A stretch of DNA of 64,000 bases, taken from assembly GCA_030704615.1 (NCBI GenBank), contig CM060732.1, positions 37,820,001 to 37,884,000 on the forward strand. Direction: 5' to 3'. Made by a program: the position numbers and the translations under genes. Positions 12,870 to 25,514 of the stretch are shown piece after piece (the first letter of the stretch is position 1; the number at the start of each line of letters is the position of its first letter). Source of the DNA: Takakia lepidozioides. Taxonomy: Eukaryota > Plantae > Bryophyta. The notes beneath the pieces are model-generated. The model made no database searches and had not been told where the DNA came from. It saw only the letters and a list, made by a program, of their open reading frames with translations.

Positions 12870-14590
12870 CACCGTTGGAAATGGAAGGGATTGGGGGATC
12901 GGTCGAAGGGGGATCAAAGCAGGAGATCGGCGGCAAGACCAGGGAGGGGGATGGACGACCGGGGGAGCGCCACGCAGTGGACCATCGCGCAAAATCGGAT
13001 GGCGGGGGGACGGCCACATCACGTTGAAGAGGGCCAAAGGGGATGAGTCCCTAGGGGGAGCAGGGGATCGGGAACGGATGGACATTGGGGGTGCCGGCAC
13101 GCGGTCGAGGGGGATGGACGGCGCGATGAGGGGGGGGGATCAACGACGAGGGGACCGCGATGTGGCCCACGTGTCATGGAGGGCACCGTGGAGCAGCACG
13201 TGGCGGAAAATGTGGGGAGGGGGATCAGTCCCCGAATTGGAGGAGGGGATCAATCGAGGCGGGGGGAGCGACAATGCGGGGATTGCGCCGTCCATGGTCG
13301 AAGGCCCGGGGGACCGCGCCTGGGCTCGGGGGATCAGGCCTCTAACCGTTGGAGGGATCGACGGCGGAGGGGATTGCGACGTGGCGGCGTGTCACTGTGA
13401 ACGGCAGTGCTTGTAAGTAAGATTGATGTGCAGGGGATCAACGGTTCGAGGAGAATCACGTGGCGCACGATTGGGAGTGGGGGATCACTCTCGCCCTGGA
13501 CGGGGGATCAACCCAGTTGCGGGGGATCACGCCTCCGATGGGATGAGGGGATCGACGGCGGGGGGAGCGCCACGTGGCGGTGGGCGTGCCATGGGGCCTT
13601 CATCCGGCCGTCGTCCATCCACTGCGCGGGAGGATGGCGGGGGGATGAGGGGCGGATGACCCAGAACATCCATTGTTTTGAGGTTGGATGGATGAGCAGA
13701 GGATCGACGGTTCGAGGGAGCAGCACGTGGCGGGCGATTAGGGGTGGGGGATCACTGCGGGTCCGGAGTGGGGATCAAGCCAAGTCGGGGGGAGCGGCGA
13801 CGTGTCGGGGGATCGCGCCGTGGTTGGGAAGAGGGGATCGACAGCGGGGGGAGCGCCACGTGCCGTCCGATGGGTGGAGGGGGATCAGTCACCGCATTGG
13901 ACGGGGATGAATGGGGGGGGGGGGGGCGGGGCGGCGACGTGTTGGGGGATCGGGCCGTCGATGGGAAGAGGGGATCGACGGCGGGGGGAGTGGGAGGATG
14001 GCGGGGGGATGAGGGGCGGATGACACACAACATCCATTGTTTGTGAGGTCCGATGGATGCGCAGGGGATCGACGGTCCGGGGGATCCGCACGTGGCGGGC
14101 GATTATGGTTGGGGGATCACTCCTGGTCCAGAAGGGGGATCAAGGCACGTCGGGGAGCGGCGACGTCTCGGGGGAGCGCGCCGTGGATGGGAGGAGGGGA
14201 TCGACGGCGGCGGGAGCGCCACGTGGCGATGGGCGCGTCATGGGGCCTTCATCCGGCCGTCATCCATTCAATTGAGGTTGGATGGATGGGGAGGGGATCG
14301 ACGGTTCGGGGTAGCGCCACGTGGCTGGAGATGGGGGTGGGGGATCACTCCGGCACTGGAAGGGGGATCAACCCAGTGAGGGGATCCACAGCGGGGGGCC
14401 GCCACGTGGCTGGAGATCGGGCGGTGTTGTGGGGCGCCGCGCGGCCAGCGGTGGGGCGGGGGGTCAGGGGTCCCGGGCGGGCGGGGGCGGGGCTACGGGC
14501 GGAGGGGTCGGAGGGGGGTGGGGATGATTTGACATGGGGCGTCCTGCTCGCCGACGAGGCTGCCAGAGGGGGGTTCCCCTGATGTCCCTC
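12870..14590. repeat. GC-rich, G-run degenerate tandem array (GGGGATC and GCCACGTGGC motifs), probably a transposon internal or subterminal region
   Basis: Strong G skew on + strand. Higher-order units recur at ~13430, ~13700, ~14065 and ~14295 (GGATCGACGGTTCG...CACGTGGC...GGGGGATCACT). Confidence 0.8.
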
Positions 14591-14850
14591 GCGGACCGTA
14601 CCCGTCAGCTCACACGTCATCTCACACGCTTGCAATAAAATCAAGCCACATCCATATTGGGACCGGGGAGCAGGTACTGACATTTGTATCCTTGCCGTTT
14701 TTCAAAGCTACTGCATGTGATGAATGCAATTCACATTCGACACACAGCCCATAGCATGCCAAAGGTGAATTGAGATGGGGAGCAAAGATCTAGAGGGATG
14801 TCAACTGTGATGATATGCATGCCCAAAGCTAATAGATGTAGCAAATGTCC

Positions 14851-15887
14851 TCTGTATGGGCCAAAGCCTGTCTTCGGATGAAGAATGGACGGATGATATT
14901 TGGATGAGGCCATTGTTCTCCTTCCTCGCGCAGACTCACGTATTTTGTCTACGTGCGACCTAAAAAAGAAGAGAGCAGTAAAAGAGAGAGATCATTAGGT
15001 CAAAGTGCACTCAAACCATAAGCTGCTTCCATATTCTTCAAGAGAGGAAAGTGCAGGGGCTGGAGAGTTTCGGCTAAGCTTGGGGCAAAGACATCTTTTG
15101 AGAACATTACGATCAAAGAGAAGGTATGGCGTCGCTAATCCTTCTTATTTTTGTAAGTTGCATTGTATGGATTCTTGCAGGGGAAAGGAGGAGGAGAGCC
15201 TCTTGTCTGCGTTGAAGGATAAATCTGAGACGAGAATGCGGCGCTTAAACACGCAGATTTCGGAAGCGCTTAGAAAGCTGGATTGGACAGCCTCAATGAT
15301 GTGCTGAGTTACATTATGAATGTGGATTTACAACGCAGATGTCGTATCTTGCTCGAGCAGGTTGGATTGAAGGCTTGTAAACTACTCAACCGTTCATACT
15401 CTGAAGGCAGCTGGGAGAATCTCTTCAAAGGTCGTTTGCATGACCTCAATATGTAAATGACCAATTACCGGGCTGTCTGTTGACTATCATGCGAACTCAA
15501 TGTATCGACATATATTCAAAGTTGAAGTGTGTGAGGCAGACACGCCAGGTTAAGTGAGTGTGCAGCCTCGACTGATTGAATTTGTAGAAACTACATGCAA
15601 TCCAGGTTTTCCTGGCAGCAAGTAGCTACCTGTGCGGCCCCTGATGCTCAATTTGTTACAGTAAATAGTAACAGGATCTTATTCACGAGGAGCAGGCAAT
15701 CTCCAATCTCCAATCCTGCAAACAAGATGTCCCTGAAACTGTAGGAATAATGACATACAAAACAAAACAACGAGTTATTTTCAAAAACAAAACAACACTA
15801 CGTGTACTTAGAATAATTGGTAACCAAGGAGTTTAGTTGACGAGAGTAGAGCGTCTCTGTCCAGCCTTGTATTGCCTGGTTTTGTAC
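14851..15887. repeat. Inverted duplication, copy A (copy B at ~29974-31246)
   Basis: ORF 15005-15307 (+) and ORF 30765-31196 (-) share a near-identical peptide (EESAGAGEFRLSLGQ...LDWTASMMC). Copy A lacks ~260 bp (30370-30630). Confidence 0.92.
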
Positions 15888-16714
15888 ATCTTCAAGATAT
15901 GCTGCATGCCCACAAAGGAACTTCAGACATGCATGATTACTAGCAAGCCATGCTTTGATACACAAGAATGTACTCATCCCAGTGTTATACATAATCTGGA
16001 AGAAGCGACTAAGAAATGGAGGGAAGAGATTCGAGGCTCAAAAGGCTCTCATGATCACAAAATTGTACAGGAACTGGGCACTCCTAAACATCCTCCAGAA
16101 AGACCTTGACCATATGATTGATCTACCAGAATTCACTATCAGTCAGTCTAACCGGCACAACAGGTTTGGGAGTTGTCTTTCAGTGTCAAAAAGGTGGAGG
16201 TTTTGCCTTCTCAAGGAAGAAGAAAGCGAAAATCACTCACTCTGCCAGCTGCTGTCTTTCTGAGACGTTGCATTGTCAACGCCATTTCTGGAGGACATTC
16301 CTCAGGGGAAGGCAACCATGCACCATATCTACCCACCCATCCACCCCCGAAACTCAACATCAGCTGAACCCCCACTAGTATAAAGCCTTGTGAACGGTAG
16401 ATAGTTTCAATCTGTTTGGGAGGACTACGCCAAAGCAAATTCCTTCTTTATGGAAAGAGATGGATAGAAGGACCAACACATGGAAAAAGTGATGTGAAAA
16501 CGGAACAAACTCTAAACCAGCCACATAAAGTCCAGAGAACTGTGGACAGGAAAGAAAGCACTAGAAAACAGGCACAAAGATCTAGCCCCTCACAAAGGTT
16601 AGATGCAAAGCATATAATTTGGTCGTAACCAAATACCCCTGACAGGGATTGAGCAGTCTCCGAAGAGAGAAGAAGAAAAAACAATTTTCTTGTCTATGGA
16701 AAAGAGAGAAAGAA

Positions 16715-17050
16715 AGAAATGAAACGAAACGAAATGGTGGTATTTTATGACGTCCGCAGGAAGCTCAAAGAGCTTATGGGACGAGGAAGAAATGAAATGA
16801 AATTATACTTTATAACGTCCGCAGAAAGCTCAAAGAGCTTATGGGACAAAACAAAAAAGAAGAAAAAAGAGTGAGACAAAACCACTCAAAGAGAGTCAAA
16901 AGCAGCCCAAAAGCAACTACTGCTCAAGGGATTGCCTAAGGGAACAAGAAACAACAAAGAGAGAGGGGCCACAAACAGTCCAAAGGAAACTAGAGCACAA
17001 TGGATTGTGTAAGAGTGAATGCTTCATGCACGTAAGCTGCCAAGCATTTC
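16715..17050 (-). mobile_element. Two tandem short LINE 3' ends of the same family as the 635-1922 element
   Basis: The reverse complement reads CCCATAAGCTCTTTGAGCTT..TGCGGACGT.ATAAA + CATTT repeats, twice. Confidence 0.7.
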
Positions 17051-17135
17051 TGTCCTTGTAAGGAAGAAATTTGAAATCATGGAGAGAGGATCTCTCCATG
17101 CTGGGGAATCTCTCAAGGATGTGGAATCGGAGATT

Positions 17136-20100
17136 TCAAAACGTACTGAGAGAATCTGAAACGTTGATTCCTGACAAAGTGGCAAGGAAAAGAAATGCGT
17201 ACTCTGGAGGACTGACCATAGGACCACATAGAGCAGCAAAGGTAATATCGGCAGCTGTTATCCTGTTCCCACATATGAAAGGTCGGCCATCTTCTAGCAG
17301 CCTATCCACCTTTCCAACCAGAACAGGTGAAATGAGAATGAACTCGGCAGAGACTGACATAAGCTACTTTGCAGAAGGAGAACCATCCAAGCTGACAAAA
17401 GAGCAAATGGAGCACTGCAGTTCAAACCAGAAAAATGCTGGAATGGATTCTTGAAAAGGGGAGGAAAGTACCTCCCCAAAAAAGCCTTCCACTACTGCAA
17501 GAGACTGTTCCCTTGTCCCAGGGTTATCCAAGGACAAGCCCTTCGTCATCACTCTTTGAAATAATGGTAGCAGAAACCATGCCAAAACCCTCTCCAGGAG
17601 TGGTACTCCTGCAACATCAATGCCATGACACAGTCCTTATTAAAGGCTTGCCAACTATGAGGACAAATATTTGTGGCACCATCCTAAGCAATCTATGTGA
17701 GTTGTAGCTCAACAGCTTACATTGTGATTCATAGAAGTGAATGAAAAAAGACAACTTAGGAATCTAAAATATATTGAAATGTCACAAAACACGTTCAGAA
17801 GACATTTGCTATTGGAAATCTAGAATTTTCAGTCACAGAGAATTGTAGTCTGTACATCACATAATATAAAAGGCCAGAGTCTTCTATTACTTCATAGTAC
17901 CTCACTACTATTAAAACGAGGAGTGAGACAGGGCATTTGTCACCTTGAGTGAGCAAACGGTAGCTGCATGAGTCAAAGAGCATGTAGGAGTACGCCCACC
18001 GCCGCACATGAACGCCCAGCTGCTTGTCAAATCTGGATTCTGCCAGCTCCACACCCAGTAATATCCAAACTCGATCTTTGAGATCCTCTACCCTCCTTCA
18101 ATTTACATGTGTTGCGTGTTGACTCAAATGGCCAAGTATGCTGGCAGACTTTACAAGCTGGCGTCCATTTACATGGTAGTGCAAGACCTAACTATTTCAT
18201 TGTAGACAGTGTCAAGTTGAACACCGAAGTGCCATGAATGAAAATGAAACGGCTCCTCAATCATCAATATGGACAAGGTTCTCAAAGTGTCTGCATGTGT
18301 GACATTCTCTCCTTAGGCATGCAGATATCTACATAGGTTGATTGTCTTGATGAGTCTCAATCCCTCTGCACTCCCACAAACCCTTCAAAACTGTGGACAG
18401 ATGTTATTTCATCTAAGGGGGAACTCCGAAGATAAGATAAAAATCTAACCTCTGCTTTAGCGACTAGTTCTACCTCGACCGTCCGGCAAATTTGAACATA
18501 AATCCTGAGGGAAAAATTAGTAAAAGCTAACCGGTCAGGCAAATGGAGAGCTCTTCTGCAAAGAGCTCTATGCATACTTTCAGTCCACTGCCTGGGGGTT
18601 AGAAATCTAGTGGGCCTCTACATCCTATAGCAACGCCCATGGAAGTACAAATGCAAAACCCCCTCACTTGATACTCATCTAAGGTATTGTGGTGCCAACA
18701 TTACATTTAACATGACTAGGGAGAGACTTTTTCAACACACCCCAAGATTGGACAAGCTTCTGCATCTCATGATTAACTGGATAAAGCCGATCCTCTTCAT
18801 CTCGGATATTTTTGTCTGCAAATCTCAAAATGTCGGACGATTCCTGTAGCACCACCCTCTCAGACCGTCTTCCCATCACCAGCTTTGGGCAACTGGTCTC
18901 TGCTCCCAGTGCCCTACACACACAAAACAATCAATTTGCTACTGACAGGTGGAAAGATGAGATAACTGTCCTGCATCCTTATGTCCATCAAATTGTACGA
19001 TTTGTGAGCAGGAACTTTACTCAAAAGAGTTTATGGAAATGTATTATCTACCATCATTGAAGTGCCTTGACCTCAAGAGTCAAAGTTTGTAGTAGGGATA
19101 GTGCTTTGAGAATCACGTCATTACTGAGCTTCCTGAAAACTTGGTAGCAGGTAGTTTCCTAAGATTGAGTCTCTTGGAACAAAAAAGTGTGTACTTATGG
19201 GGGAATGCATTTTCTCAACACAGCTGTACAAAACTACTAAGTGAGTATGTTCCACACCAGAAAAGGGAATCCAACAAAATGTAAGAAAGAAGCTTGAGCA
19301 CAAGTATGGGGTGAACTTCATTAATTGATTCCTCTAGCCATGCTTCATCTTGAGGCAAGAAACAGCCACAATTGTGACCTAGGAGGAAACCACACACCTG
19401 GTGAAAAGCATGTGTAACAGCACTACATGTTTTGTCTCAGTGTATATCACGCCTGCCCTATCCAACGCCCATCGTGCCTGTCAAATCCATCCCAGATTAT
19501 TTCAGCTGCTCTCCCCTCTCTTGCACAGGCCTAGCTGTAGTGAATTTCTTTCTTTCTTCCTTTCTTTCCTTTCGCCCCATAGCTCTTTGAGCTTCCTGCA
19601 GACGTTATAAAATACCATTCCATTCCATTCCTTTCTTTCTCTTATCCGGTCTTGCTTCCTCAGTACACATTCCACTTTCACATGATCTACAACATTTCAA
19701 GTTCTAATGGATCCACAGAAGATGGAGGTGGATTGAACTAAAACATACAGCCATTGGAGTGTACAATTATACCTTTTCGCAATAATGTGATACGCCTGGC
19801 ACCTCCAAACAAACAGTCACCACCCACACATCACAAATTCAATAACGTGATGAGGGATTGGAAATGCCTGAGCACCAGAGATATGTACCCTTCCATGGAT
19901 TAACAACCACAACCAACTCAAAACAATGTCGATGCTATAGTTTCCACTAACTGCATGGAATATCCACCAAAATTCTCCATAGAACGAGGTTTTTGAGAAT
20001 GATCATAAAGCTAAGCTAGTTCATACACTCCCTACAGTAAGAGCCTGATCAGAGGCCCTATATGGCACCAGTAGGTCGACCAAACTGGATTCCAAGGCAC

Positions 20101-20568
20101 GCAAAAGTCGCTAGGGGTGAACCGTTTCAAATTAGAAAAGCCATAACCACGGAGGCAGACTTCTGCGTTTTGCAATTGCCAATAAACCGAGTTAGTTTTT
20201 CAATCTCCCAGTTGGCAAGAATGTGAGCTAGACACACGTTGCATCTCCCCGACAAATGTTTTCTGATGTATGGCCGAATGTCGTGCGCACAAGTCAATAT
20301 GAAAATTGGTTGATGCATACCATCAGAAATAAGAGCAGGTAGTCAGAGACAGTCTAACGACAATCTTGGAAGCTATGAAAGAAAGGCTGCCGAGATTTAG
20401 CCAGAGCCGGCTTGCAACACCTCACACCCATCATTATCTGTGAATTTCTACAAGGGGAAGGAAGCCCATGGTCCCGACGCTACTTGAAACATGAATTCGG
20501 ACCAATCCCCATAAAAACAGATGCATAGAGTATCGACCTATGGTGACAAGCTGGAAGACGCAAGTCAT
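17136..20568 (-). CDS. Glutathione S-transferase family protein (SHYCEKARWALD type)
   Basis: In-phase exons 20568-20538, 19795-19773, 19477-19398, 18913-18741, 18039-17944, 17608-17472 and 17309-~17203/17136 give MTCVFQLVTIGVSHYCEKARWALD...SCPKLV...LQESSDILRF...LGVHVRRWAY...ITAADITFAAL. The 3' end is uncertain. Confidence 0.82.
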
Positions 20569-21589
20569 CCTGAAAGCGGTGATAGTGCCACCAGAGCTCT
20601 TCCGGTCGTCTGCTCCAAAATGACCTGCCTCTGGCGGAGACCACAATATCGCTCTGGCAATGAGTCACTTAGCGCTGCTCTTGTCGGTCCACCGAAGCAT
20701 TTCCACTGTCTTCTTCGCCATCACTTTCTTGTTCGCCAAGGGACGGTTTGAGCTGCGCGCCCGGATGGAAATTGCATAGCATTCATTGCCCTACCGCCTT
20801 TGCATGTGCTGCTCTAAGTTACTGCCTTCTTCTGTCTCGACAGTTTGATTTGCTGCCCTGTTGCCTTCTTGTGCCACTCCACACTCCTTCACCTTGGATC
20901 GTGGGCCCGGATGAGATCGGATGTGTGAATCTTGAGTGAGAGTAAGTAGGTATGTGAATCTGGACTCGGTGGGTCCGCCACATCTTCCACGTTTTGCTTA
21001 CCCATCCAGATAATCCGACATTCTTAGAAACCCATCCATCAGCGCCCCCTGATTATCCTCACAAGATGAATGTGTGTCTGCATTCATTTGATCAATGAAT
21101 AACTCGTACTTTGGCAACAGAGAGGAAGAGGGCCGGAAAGGATGAGATTTCGGTGTTGATTCGTTCCAGTCTGAGCCACACAACAGGATGGGCAGGAAAG
21201 TGATCTCCAATCTCCAAGGCATGGCTGCTTTTAGTGGATGCCTGGTGGGCATCATAGTTCGTGTTGAGCATCTGAAAAAGGTACAATGCGAACAACAGCC
21301 TTATGGACTCGGACTCCACTGCTCTTCAGATGTCTTGTGTAGTAAGCACCATGCAGAACCAACAGCAAGTGCAGTATGGACTGTTGGATTCCACGCAGCC
21401 GACACACCATTTCATTCAGCTCCTTGCTTATGATGAATTTAAGACCTTAGGCATTCTTGTTGGAGCAGCACAAATTCATTCGTTGCCATTTGCTTGTTTC
21501 ACCAGTAATCCCCACGACCAAACCCCATCTTGGAAGTGGTGAAATGGGTTGGCATCCTGTACAACAAAGGCTTGCTCAGATATTTTTGA

Positions 21590-21880
21590 GGTGAACTTGG
21601 CATTGCCCCTTGGCAAATCATTTGCTCATACACCTTGAAAGCCTCCCTACCACATCCATGCTTTACATATCCTGACACCATTATAGTCCATGTAAACAGT
21701 TTTGTTCACACACCAGTCGTGCATCCATCATGCTCCTGCACTTGGCATACATGTTGACGAGTGTATCGAGGAGAAAAATGTTTGGCTTGAATAAACTTTT
21801 GATGATGTGAACATTCCCATTTCCAGGTTTTCAATTTTCACGCACACCTGCAAGAGACAAATGGAAGTCCTCACATCCTC
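21590..21880 (-). pseudogene. PPR gene fragment
   Basis: LDTLVNMYAKCRSMMDAR and WTIMVSGYVKHGCGREAFKVYEQM occur in different frames. Confidence 0.7.
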
Positions 21881-22089
21881 GCCAGCGCCAGAGGAGTTTC
21901 TGTTGACCCCATTAGCAGATTGTTCTGGAATTGTTGTCGAGGCAGCTAGTGTTGTTTTCACCCATCGCGGGGTGACCAATCCCCAAGCCAAAGGACCTCG
22001 TTTGTATGCTTATGCCCTTCTCATGCTCTTGGACTCTTCTCTGAAAAACACCAAATGGCCTTCTTAGTAGCCATGTTTCCAAAACAGCC

Positions 22090-23160
22090 ATGTATAGACA
22101 GCTTAAATCATGAGTGATCCAATCATCCTTCAGACAAAGCTTGGGCATCCTATTAGTGGCAACCTTTGGCCGCCTCTTACAGCTATATCACAACAAAGAG
22201 AGAAATTGTCATTGTGTTACAATCCAGTCCTCCAAACATCTGGTCATCCAAGATGAGATATGGCACTCAGGAAGCATCCAGTTTGGCATCCTTGGTTTTC
22301 CATGTGACCCCAAACCATTAGGACTGATCAATGTCTATGCACATAACACCCCAGCAGAAAGGATAGAGCTCTGGACCTCAATAATCAAAAACTGAGACGA
22401 GTTGCAACACAAAGATGGATAGTGGATGGAGACTTCAACATAGTAGAGAATGAAGCAGACAGGCAGAGGAGCCCCCAACCTCTCCTCCTCTGAAGAAAGA
22501 TTATGGCAGTTGCTGACGCAAACCCATCACCTAATAGAGACGGGACGCCCTCACTCGCAGCTTGGCAGCATCCACCCGACCTTTACCTGGACAAACGATA
22601 GGGTTTTACAAGATATCAGTATAGCCAGATAGACGGCGTGATATTTACAAAATGAACTCTAACCACCTAATAATTCCAGCCGTCAAAACTAGGTCTTCAA
22701 GAGGCTTGGTCAGAGTGCTGAAAATCACTTGCCCTGCCTCGTAGACAGGTTTCATGCTAAGCTTCTGACGGTATGCAGAATTTGAGTCATGAAATCTCAC
22801 AAGCACAGAAAGGAGAATCCTGGCCCTAAAGATATGCTTGGGAATATGTCAAAAGAAAATAGAAACCAAGCACTGTGATGACCATACCTGCCAGAATTAA
22901 CTGGTCAAAGGTGATGAGAAGAACAAATACTTCTTTGAGCAAACCCAGCTAAGACGAACTCTGACCTAAACCTTGACAACATGGGAACAAAGATTCCAAG
23001 CCCAAAGACGCGTTTCAGCAAACTATTCCAGAGAGATCCCCCAGGACCAACACATGCAAGCGGCTATTGACTCATGTCTGGCCAACATTCCCTTGACTGT
23101 CCCCCACTCTGCACCACACATGATCTCAGACATTTTCTCAGAACAGGAATTGGGATTTTT
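22090..23160 (+). mobile_element. Degenerate L1-clade LINE (endonuclease and linker)
   Basis: GLINVYAHNTPAERIELW, GDFNIVENE and FTWTND motifs, related to the element at 60280 onward; many stops. Confidence 0.75.
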
Positions 23161-23174
23161 GTCATTCGCCCTAC

Positions 23175-23836
23175 TGCAAAAATCAGTGAGATTGACCACA
23201 ACAAGAATAGGTCAAAGTAATCAGAAGGCTTCACATCTGCCTGCACAACTAGAGGGCAGAGGACGAAGAGGAAAGGATGATTTGTGGGCGTGTGAGCATG
23301 CAACTGATTGGCCATGCTTATTTTACTGCGTACCTTGCCATGCATTGATTGCAAGACTCCCGCAATGTGAGCAAATTAGATAGTGATCACCATTCAATCC
23401 CTGTTTGCAAAAGCTGTGACTTGTGGGAGACCCCCAAAATGAAACCCCACAGCCCCCAGAAGCTGAAGGAAACGAGACCAGAGTGACCACCTGAATGCCG
23501 GTGCAGCCTCCGTTCCGAGGGTTTGAGCCTGAGAGACTGTCGTAGGTTCGTGCATAAATGGTGGCGTGCACCACCTACAGACAGTGCCCACACACATGCA
23601 GAAGGCTCCGCAACCAGGTAGATCAAGGAGACCCTGTAGGCCATCCTTTTCTCATGCTGCTGTCGCCAGCGTCCGAACTTCATGAATTTAAGTTCCGTCT
23701 TTCGTGCGAGGAAGTGTGTCTCTGTCCTTTCAATCCACCATACTTTGATGAGCTGTAGTTGCATCCATGCCTGAAGAAAGAAGGCTCATCGTGATCCTGA
23801 AGCTTGCAGCTTTTGCCTTTTGGGCTGCCGAGATTG
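23175..23836. repeat. Dispersed direct repeat, copy B (copy A at ~6625-7380)
   Basis: Shared text, e.g. GGCCATCCTTTTCTCATGCTGCTGT and GATGAGCTGTAGTTGCATCCATGCCTGAAGAAAGAAGGCTC. Confidence 0.9.
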
Positions 23837-24084
23837 AGTGCGAAATGTACAAAGAGAGATCTCTTTCACAACAGATTCACAATGAAACTACCTATCATTG
23901 CAACTACACCACGGCCCTCCATTTCACTCAGGATGCTTGCTGGCAGGAAGGACTAACATTAAGCTCAGTATTTCAAAGAGCTGTAGGGACAGTCCCCAAA
24001 TTTTTTTTCCTTGCTGATCAACATCCAAAAGTGCAGCCTCAAAGACTGCCTGTGCTTGGGTGCGTCAGAGACAGTCCCTGCAAA

Positions 24085-25130
24085 TCAGCTGGACTTGTCA
24101 TCCAGGGTTACAAATGCCTTGAGTAGATTGGGGCTTATCCTATCTGACAGACCTCCCTTTTCTGAAAGTGTTAGTGATTTATCCTTCACGACACTTTGGA
24201 GCTTCTTCACTGCCAGCTCTAGTTTCTCTTGCTCTGCAATTACACGATTTGCTTGTTCGATATGGTGCTTCTGCATTTTGCACCGAATGTATTGTTGTTT
24301 CCTCCTCCCAAGCCTCCCCACCTTATGCGTCTCTCTCATCTGCTAACGATGTCATGGCAGGGTTTTTCACCCAACATAAGACAACGAGAATCAAAGTTGG
24401 TGGGAAAATTATAACATGCGTAACCACCCTTCTTCCAGATCACCGTGAACTCGATGAAAGGGATGGCGGACGAACATATCAGAGCCCGGCCATATCACCC
24501 AAACAGGTGCCGTCCCATCATGTTCTCCACAAGTGAGGCATCCCCCTTCCCCTGCATTCGTATTTTGAGCCTCCAGTTCCTGCGAGAGGACACTGGAGCG
24601 AGAGGTGCGAGCCGGCTTGCGTAAGGCCGTCAATGTTTCTCTGTTCCCATTACGCAATCTGTCGCACTCCACCAGCTACCCACATGGAGAACCAACCAGA
24701 CTTCCTAAGATTTTCAAAGAACCACAAGAACAGGAGAAAATTTCCTTACAACATGTCTGACATTCTGTGACAGACGCTACAAAATTAAACACTACTACAG
24801 GACAGAGGAGTGGCTCTACTCACTCAGACGCGATAGAATTTTCTTGGGGTTGTCTAGGGAGAAATACAGGCAATCTCAGGTCACGATGATTCAATCACAA
24901 ACCTTTCATAGATCTATTCACTGTTATGCGATGAGGCTGGATCCTCTGCGTCGATTCATGAGTTGGGCGGTAAGGAAAACTTAAGAAACCACGTAAAACA
25001 TACACATAATCATCACCATGCCTGCTTAGATGAGGTCTGTGCCAACCTGCTGGCGGGCAAGCAGGAACTCGTCTGCGACAGCCTCGACCTCCGCTAGTCC
25101 CTTTTGCAATCGCTGCACTCCCTCTTCCAT
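24085..25130 (-). CDS. PDRG1: Prefoldin-like p53 and DNA damage-regulated protein 1 homolog
   Basis: Exons 25130-25047, 24675-~24429 and 24233-24085 give MEEG...EVEAVADEFLLARQQLVECDRLRNGNRETLTALRK...CLTCGEHD...KKLQSVVKDKS...ISPNLLKAFVTLDD, matching the plant family from memory. The exon-2 donor is ambiguous. Confidence 0.78.
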
Positions 25131-25514
25131 TCTGACATGCAAGCAAACGCTCGCAGGACCTAATATATTTCGACATTTTGTATGTATTTTATTGATGAAA
25201 CCCTGTAAGACTTTATTTACAACATGTACAATGGGTGAACGTACATAGGATGAGAAGTTCCCAAAAAGGGAGGGGGGGAGGAACAAGAAACAAGAGAAGA
25301 AAACAAAAAGCTATTGTAAGCTACTCAACCAGAACGACGCTCCCAGCCAACAGGTTATTAGGTTAATCTTGTCAGCTTTGAGAGAAGAGATAGGGTTCCT
25401 ATTTTCTCCTCCACTTGAGCCATGGCTTCCCTCTCTGCTTGTACCGGTACCACACACGCTTCCACAGTTGCACGTATTTCAACTCCAGCTCGGATCTAAG
25501 AGGGTAGGGAGCGG

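Noticed and set aside
12741-14683. Gly/Arg/Pro-rich ORFs
   Set aside because: By-product of stop-poor GC-rich repeats; no domain signal.
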